Source: Patescibacteria group bacterium (GTDB lineage: Bacteria > Patescibacteriota > Patescibacteriia > JBDRGY01). From it: 64,000 nt of DNA. A model generated the notes under the pieces. It saw nothing but the letters and a program-made list of their open reading frames with translations. It made no database searches and was not told the origin of the DNA. Below, in pieces: positions 59,462-64,000 of the stretch; the stretch's first letter is position 1; every line of letters starts with the position of its first letter. The stretch spans positions 69,445-133,444 of the forward strand of contig JBDRGY010000016.1 of assembly GCA_043817315.1 (NCBI GenBank), written 5' to 3'. The translations under genes and the position numbers were made by a program.

Positions 59462-59742
59462 AAATTATATTTCTTATCAACTTGGTTAGCTGCCAGAGAA
59501 AAGATAGCCGGTGCCTGGTAGCTGTGAAGTTTTTTAACTTCTATTTTGATCTTACTGAAATTCTTTTTAATTGTTTTTAAAATCAGTACCACTTCTTTGT
59601 CTGAAACTAACTTGCCCTGCCACCAGTACGTAGAGCTAATGGGAAAAATGTTGGCACAAACCGCCAGGTGTTTTTTTAAAACTGCTCTGGCAATTTTGTC
59701 GGCTTCCTTTTTATTGCCACAAACAATGTAAATCAGAATCAT
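59437..59742 (-). CDS. cutA: Divalent-cation tolerance protein CutA
   Basis: A.KIA..VL...LAVCANI.PISS.Y.WQG, HSYQ.P. Confidence 0.9.
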   Translation of the reverse strand: MILIYIVCGNKKEADKIARAVLKKHLAVCANIFPISSTYWWQGKLVSDKEVVLILKTIKKNFSKIKIEVKKLHSYQAPAIFSLAANQVDKKYNLWLRKNII

Positions 59743-59743
59743 A

Positions 59744-59998
59744 TTACTCTACTACTTTAAAAACTTCGTCATGCTCTCTAACCGGTTGGTCCACTTTGGT
59801 TCCGACACTGTCTCCTTTCTTGGCTTCTGGCACATCTTGATGTTCCACCTGCATGGAAGCCACTTCCTGTTCAAAATCAGTGGCATGTCCCTTGATGTGG
59901 ATCTTGTCTCCTACTTTAAGCTCGTCTGATAGTTCAATAATGCCCACACTGATTTTGTTGAAAAAGTGTGAGATTTTGCCTACTGGTTTTTCTTCCAT
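59744..59998 (-). CDS. Small beta-barrel protein (U32 C-terminal / translation-elongation-factor-like)
   Basis: VGKISHFF.KISV...L...LKVGD.IHIKG..TDFEQ.V.SMQ; SD AGGAGG. Confidence 0.75.
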   Translation of the reverse strand: MEEKPVGKISHFFNKISVGIIELSDELKVGDKIHIKGHATDFEQEVASMQVEHQDVPEAKKGDSVGTKVDQPVREHDEVFKVVE

Positions 59999-60061
59999 AA
60001 CCCACCTCCTTCCTTAATAATTTCACTTCTAATTCTACTCTTTTTCTTATTATTTTTCAAT

Positions 60062-60252
60062 AAAAAGAGCCCCTCGTCATCCAGGCTCTAGGTGCTGCTG
60101 ATTCAGTGATGCAAATGAAGTAACGAGGGGCGTATAGTAGTCCCGATTCCAGCTTCCACTCACAAGGCTGTGCTCGCTTTACGCGGCTGACGCGTTGTCT
60201 TGCCCTGGTACCAAGGGCGCCGGAATCGGGATCATCTAAAAATGAGCGTGAA
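60062..60252 (-). ncRNA. Putative structured non-coding RNA of unknown class
   Basis: Promoter TTGACA-16-TAGGAT (60285-60258); two GC-rich domains (13-bp stem 60141-60153/60219-60231 and stem 60069-60077/60123-60131), followed by a U-tract. Confidence 0.65.
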
Positions 60253-60328
60253 CTACTATCCTACACCAACTAAAAAAACTGTCAAGCCTTGCCGACAGCT
60301 TCGGTTTTTTTAGCTAAATCAAGCCAAA

Positions 60329-61225
60329 TCAACCTACTTGGGATTCCGTGTATTTAAGCGCTTCTGGTAAATAGTTTATGACATCTGTCGCCATCACTGA
60401 CCGTTCGCCTATCTCCTTGGTGGCCAGATCCCCGGCCAAACCGTGCAGGTATACGGAAGTAGCTGCCGCCTCAAACAGTTTCTCCTGGTTTTGGGCACCA
60501 AGCGTGGCTATGATCCCGGATAAAACATCACCAGAGCCAGCCGTGGCTAAGCCGGGTCCCCCTGATTTATTTATTACTTGCTTACCAGCCGGTTCTGTAA
60601 TTAACGTCTCCTGCCCTTTCAATACTAAGGTCAAATTCCATTCCCGGGCATAGCGCTCTGATAATTTGTACTTATTATCTTCGATCTCTTTGGGGGACAA
60701 TTTAATCAGCCGGCCCATTTCTCCATAATGGGGTGTGATAATAGTTCGATTGGGTCGGTTGCTAAATATCTCGTCGGGGTTTCCTTCAGAAATTGCATTC
60801 AAACCATCGGCATCTATTATTAACGGTTTATCAATCTTGGCAACAACCTGCTGGATTAGAGAAACCGTTTCTGAATTACGAGTCAGACCAGGACCCAGAA
60901 CTACCATATCAACATCTTCGGATCCTTTAACAATTTCTTCCAGCGCCTTGAGTGATAAGCTGCCAGCTGGTGTCTCTGGCAAAATCAGGCTCATCATTTC
61001 CGGCAGCACTTTACGATAAACATCTTTTAGACTTTCCGGGTAGCCAAAGACAATCAGGCCGATTCCTGTCCGAAAAGCCGCTTCTGCGGTCAGCAGACCT
61101 GCTCCGGACATTCCTTTGGATCCAGCAATGATTAAAATCTTGCCAGCCTGCCGTTTATGAATATTCTGGGGCCGTTGCCAGATTATCTCGGGAAAGATGA
61201 TTTTGTCTTGGATTAGGCGTTCCAT
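60329..61225 (-). CDS. nnrD: ADP-dependent NAD(P)H-hydrate dehydratase
   Basis: HK..AGKILIIAGS..MSGA, LGPGL, IDADGLN, TPHYGE, VLKG, LATAGSGDVLSG. ATG 61225 preferred. Confidence 0.92.
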   Translation of the reverse strand: MERLIQDKIIFPEIIWQRPQNIHKRQAGKILIIAGSKGMSGAGLLTAEAAFRTGIGLIVFGYPESLKDVYRKVLPEMMSLILPETPAGSLSLKALEEIVKGSEDVDMVVLGPGLTRNSETVSLIQQVVAKIDKPLIIDADGLNAISEGNPDEIFSNRPNRTIITPHYGEMGRLIKLSPKEIEDNKYKLSERYAREWNLTLVLKGQETLITEPAGKQVINKSGGPGLATAGSGDVLSGIIATLGAQNQEKLFEAAATSVYLHGLAGDLATKEIGERSVMATDVINYLPEALKYTESQVG

Positions 61226-61259
61226 GGGTTTATTATACCAACTATATATAATAAATAAT

Positions 61260-61343
61260 ATTCTTCGAGTGACCCCGCGCCGCGGGGGAATCGAGAAGTG
61301 CCCCAATAGTTCTCGATGCGCCCTTCGGGCTTACTCGAACAAT
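61260..61343. repeat. REP-doublet (REPIN-like) palindromic element
   Basis: TTCGAGTGA-[hairpin]-ATCGAGAA ... TTCTCGAT-[GCCCTTCGGGC]-TTACTCGAA. Confidence 0.7.
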
Positions 61344-61347
61344 AATT

Positions 61348-62589
61348 TTATTCTAAGGTTAATCTATTTCTGTCTAAAAACTTAACCTGTTCACTTTTGC
61401 GAAAGCCGATCCTGTCATGAGCTTGTTTGTCTAAGCCATGCATCGAACCATACATTATGGAATATTCACCGTACTTATCATTGATTCGGTCCATGGCTTG
61501 GGCAATCTTTTTGGGCTTTAGGATGTCTTCCCAAAAAGCAATCTGGGCTTGCAGGGGAATCAGGTTGCTGACTGAAATGGCTAGAAAGCTAACCTTGTCC
61601 AGCAACTTAAAAGAGTTAAAGATGCCTGAGGCTGCTTTAAAAATACTTCTGGTGTCAAAAACAGGTTTAACTAATTTCTTGTGTTTGTACATCCCCCCGC
61701 CTGATACATAGCCCCAGCCCACATAAATATTTTTAGCTTCTAAATCTTGAATGCGCAGCCGTCTCCCGGTTTTCTCGCACAATTTTAATAAGATAGAATT
61801 CAAATACTTTTTATCAGTGGTCCGCTTGGGCAGACAATAAGAATGGCCGATTGATTTGGGTTTTCTGCCTTCACCTTCTTTAACTCCGGTTAATTCAATG
61901 CCATTAACATTGGCCCATAAATAATAGCCATTCTTGCCTAGGGCCTGCATTAAATTGGTCACCGAATAGTTTTTCAAGTCATTAAGATCATAGATGCCCA
62001 AAGCGTTTAACCTGGCTTCCGTCCGGTGATTAATGCCCCAGGCATCGGTTAATTTTACTTTATCGAAAACCTTGGGCAGTTCTTCTTTTTTAATAATCAA
62101 CAATTGATCGTTGCTGGCAATATCGGAACCAAACTTAGCCAACCATCTGGTCTCGGCCAGGCCCATGCAGCTTTTCAGCCATTCGCCAATTTCCTGCTTG
62201 ATTCTTTTCTTGATCTTGAACCCGACGATCTTGGCTTGTTCTAAATTATCAACGTGGCCGGTCAAATCCAAAAAGGCTTCATCAATGCTATAGGGCTCCA
62301 CCTCGTCGGTATAATCAGCCAAAATAGAAAAAATCCGGCGGGTGATGGTCCGGTACTTGGCTGGTTCGTTTTGGAGCAACACAATATCCGGACACAAAAC
62401 CAGCGCCTCCTTGACCCGGCAGCCTGTTTTTACTCCCTGCTGTTTGGCCTCAATGGAGGAAGCAATGATGCAACCGTTCTGGGAAAGATAAGCACAGACC
62501 CCCACTGGCTTGCCACGCAGGTGGGGATTGGCCTGCTGCTCGCAGGAAGCAAAATAGGAATTCATATCGATGTGAGCGATGATAGACAT
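61348..62589 (-). CDS. dinB: Y-family DNA polymerase (DinB/PolY)
   Basis: HIDMNSYFASCE, SIDEAFLD, KSIGHS, clamp motif QIAF, C-terminal AMDRINDKYG. Confidence 0.92.
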   Translation of the reverse strand: MSIIAHIDMNSYFASCEQQANPHLRGKPVGVCAYLSQNGCIIASSIEAKQQGVKTGCRVKEALVLCPDIVLLQNEPAKYRTITRRIFSILADYTDEVEPYSIDEAFLDLTGHVDNLEQAKIVGFKIKKRIKQEIGEWLKSCMGLAETRWLAKFGSDIASNDQLLIIKKEELPKVFDKVKLTDAWGINHRTEARLNALGIYDLNDLKNYSVTNLMQALGKNGYYLWANVNGIELTGVKEGEGRKPKSIGHSYCLPKRTTDKKYLNSILLKLCEKTGRRLRIQDLEAKNIYVGWGYVSGGGMYKHKKLVKPVFDTRSIFKAASGIFNSFKLLDKVSFLAISVSNLIPLQAQIAFWEDILKPKKIAQAMDRINDKYGEYSIMYGSMHGLDKQAHDRIGFRKSEQVKFLDRNRLTLE

Positions 62590-62590
62590 A

Positions 62591-62839
62591 TTACCCGTCG
62601 TAATAAAGCTCCTCTAACTGCCAGTTAAAATCCCTGGTGTTAAAACTTAATTTAAAATAATTGGCTTCATCAGAAACCGAGAAGTGATACAGCTTGTCAT
62701 TACCCGCCTTCTGACAATGAACCAGGTTAACTTTGTTAACGATGTACCGCTTGCCGCGCCATTCAAAAACCAGCGGCCTCATTTTATTTAGACCAAAAGA
62801 TACCAATACCTTAATTGGCTCGTTAATCGTTTCGTACAT
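62591..62839 (-). CDS. Small conserved protein (DUF6504/ImuB-C-like)
   Basis: P..FEWRG.RY.V...W.LEE; tightly coupled between lexA and dinB. Confidence 0.7.
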   Translation of the reverse strand: MYETINEPIKVLVSFGLNKMRPLVFEWRGKRYIVNKVNLVHCQKAGNDKLYHFSVSDEANYFKLSFNTRDFNWQLEELYYDG

Positions 62840-63447
62840 TAAACCTGGCTAAACTTTCTAAAGATCCCCCGAACGATTCCCTGGATCGATGGATTCTTGG
62901 CAAAGATCGGTTTCATCTTTTTGTTGGCCGGTTGTAATCTGATTCGATTCTTTTCCCGAAAATACTTTTTCAGAGTAGCGTAAGTATTGTCCAGCAGGGC
63001 CACCACCACATCTCCATTTTGGGGATAATAATTCTGCTCCACAATCACGTAGTCTCCGTCTAGGATTCCTTCGTCAATCATAGATTCACCTTTGACCTTC
63101 AAAACAAACGAGCTATGATTTCTCACCAGATCAGCCGGCACTGTAATTATTTCCTGTTCTTCTATGGCTTCAATGGGCTCACCAGCTGTAATCAAGCCAG
63201 CCAAGGGCAGCTGAATGGCTGATCCTTTTTTAAACACTTTGGTTGACAACCTGATGGATCGCGGCGAAGAAGTGCTGCTTAAATAACCCTTCTGCTTTAA
63301 ATGCCGCAAATGAGCGTGAATAGTGGCCGGGGAAGTCAGGCCAAAATTAGCCCCGATTTCCCGAAGCGACGGGGGGTAGTCATGAGTATTAATATACTCC
63401 ACCAGGTAATTAAGGATTTCAGCTTGTTTTTTAGTCAGATTAGCCAT
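62839..63447 (-). CDS. lexA: SOS repressor LexA
   Basis: LT.KQ.EIL, PPSLREI, AG cleavage site (ITAGEP), VKGESM, ATLKK. Confidence 0.96.
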   Translation of the reverse strand: MANLTKKQAEILNYLVEYINTHDYPPSLREIGANFGLTSPATIHAHLRHLKQKGYLSSTSSPRSIRLSTKVFKKGSAIQLPLAGLITAGEPIEAIEEQEIITVPADLVRNHSSFVLKVKGESMIDEGILDGDYVIVEQNYYPQNGDVVVALLDNTYATLKKYFREKNRIRLQPANKKMKPIFAKNPSIQGIVRGIFRKFSQV

Positions 63448-63487
63448 ATTTTAGTCTCCTTTATTTAATTATCCACATCTATTATAT

Positions 63488-63516
63488 ATTATACACGAAC
63501 AAAAAGCGAACATCAA
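63488..63516 (-). promoter_or_regulatory. lexA promoter with direct-repeat operator
   Basis: TTGATG-17-TATAAT; TGTTCG-N5-TGTTCG at 63496-63512. Confidence 0.75.
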
Positions 63517-63562
63517 GGGGTAAATAAAAAACCCCCGCCGGGGCACCCCCCCTGTCGCTTTT

Positions 63563-64000
63563 TTAGCTCAGCTTCCCTATTTCATAAATTATCTGATAAA
63601 TAATGCCCACCAGTAACAGAACAATCAAAGTGTAGCTAGCCCAATTGGGAATCTTTACTTCGTAAGCCGGCTTAAGTTTGCCCTTGGTCTTGGCTTTCAA
63701 AAAAATCAGAATAACCACAATCGCTTCCACGGCCAACATGATAGCTCCAATAATGGCAATGATATTAATAAAGTTTTTTAGACCCATGAAAAACATGGCC
63801 AGAGGGACAAAAACGGTGATGGCCCAGGATAAAAGATGGGGTATTTTAAAATCGTACCAAAAAACTTTTTTCAGGGTCAGACCCAAAGTCAGAAAAGAAG
63901 TAAAAGTCGTCAACAAACCAAAAATAAAACCCAGATAAATTATCCGGCCGCCCCAGACATTTTGCAATCCGGAAATAGCTTCCTCTGTTGTGGCCTCCCC
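63563..64000 (-). CDS. Amino acid permease (aromatic amino acid transporter family), 3' part; runs off the window end
   Basis: Frame open to 64000 (GEATTEEAISGL...), multiple TM helices, TSFL.LG..LK..F..D. Confidence 0.75.
   Translation of the reverse strand, partial: GEATTEEAISGLQNVWGGRIIYLGFIFGLLTTFTSFLTLGLTLKKVFWYDFKIPHLLSWAITVFVPLAMFFMGLKNFINIIAIIGAIMLAVEAIVVILIFLKAKTKGKLKPAYEVKIPNWASYTLIVLLLVGIIYQIIYEIGKLS

Noticed and set aside
60062-60252. Riboswitch for the cutA operon
   Set aside because: No known aptamer consensus recognised, and the downstream operon has its own candidate promoter. Kept as an unknown ncRNA.

Overview
Housekeeping-rich window from a small-genome bacterium, most likely Patescibacteria/CPR (Parcubacteria, ABY1-like). 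That placement is inferred from gene style, not proven: stand-alone rpoBC, secG plus a peptide-binding protein, ftsK-rodZ-recA, many leaderless genes and FG-GAP-tailed surface proteins. Core genes are uvrC, secG, tRNA-Leu(CAG), rnj, trpS, murI, glyA, folD, ychF, rpsF-ssb-rpsR, efp, recA, ftsK, rpoB/rpoC, murE, cutA, nnrD and lexA-dinB. The most notable items: (1) an accessory island between ftsK and rpoC with three tandem, small, secreted four-Cys peptides carrying a C-x(2,3)-W[GS][QE][IL]K-x-C motif, downstream of a GC-rich gingipain-like (C25) protein with an FCB-type T9SS/FlgD tail; (2) Elp3 and a Trm9/ALKBH8-like methyltransferase placed head-to-head on a shared CATATG, suggesting a eukaryote/archaea-type mcm5U34 pathway; (3) an intact tRNA-Leu nested inside the 5' and 3' ends of another tRNA-Leu-like shell, bracketed by inverted hairpins; (4) an unassigned structured RNA of about 190 nt with its own promoter and terminator; (5) four secreted proteins sharing a C-terminal FG-GAP module, two with a GPS-like HF|T motif; (6) a lexA-ORF-PolY cassette with a direct-repeat operator in the promoter spacer. 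All calls come from reading the sequence; no searches were run.
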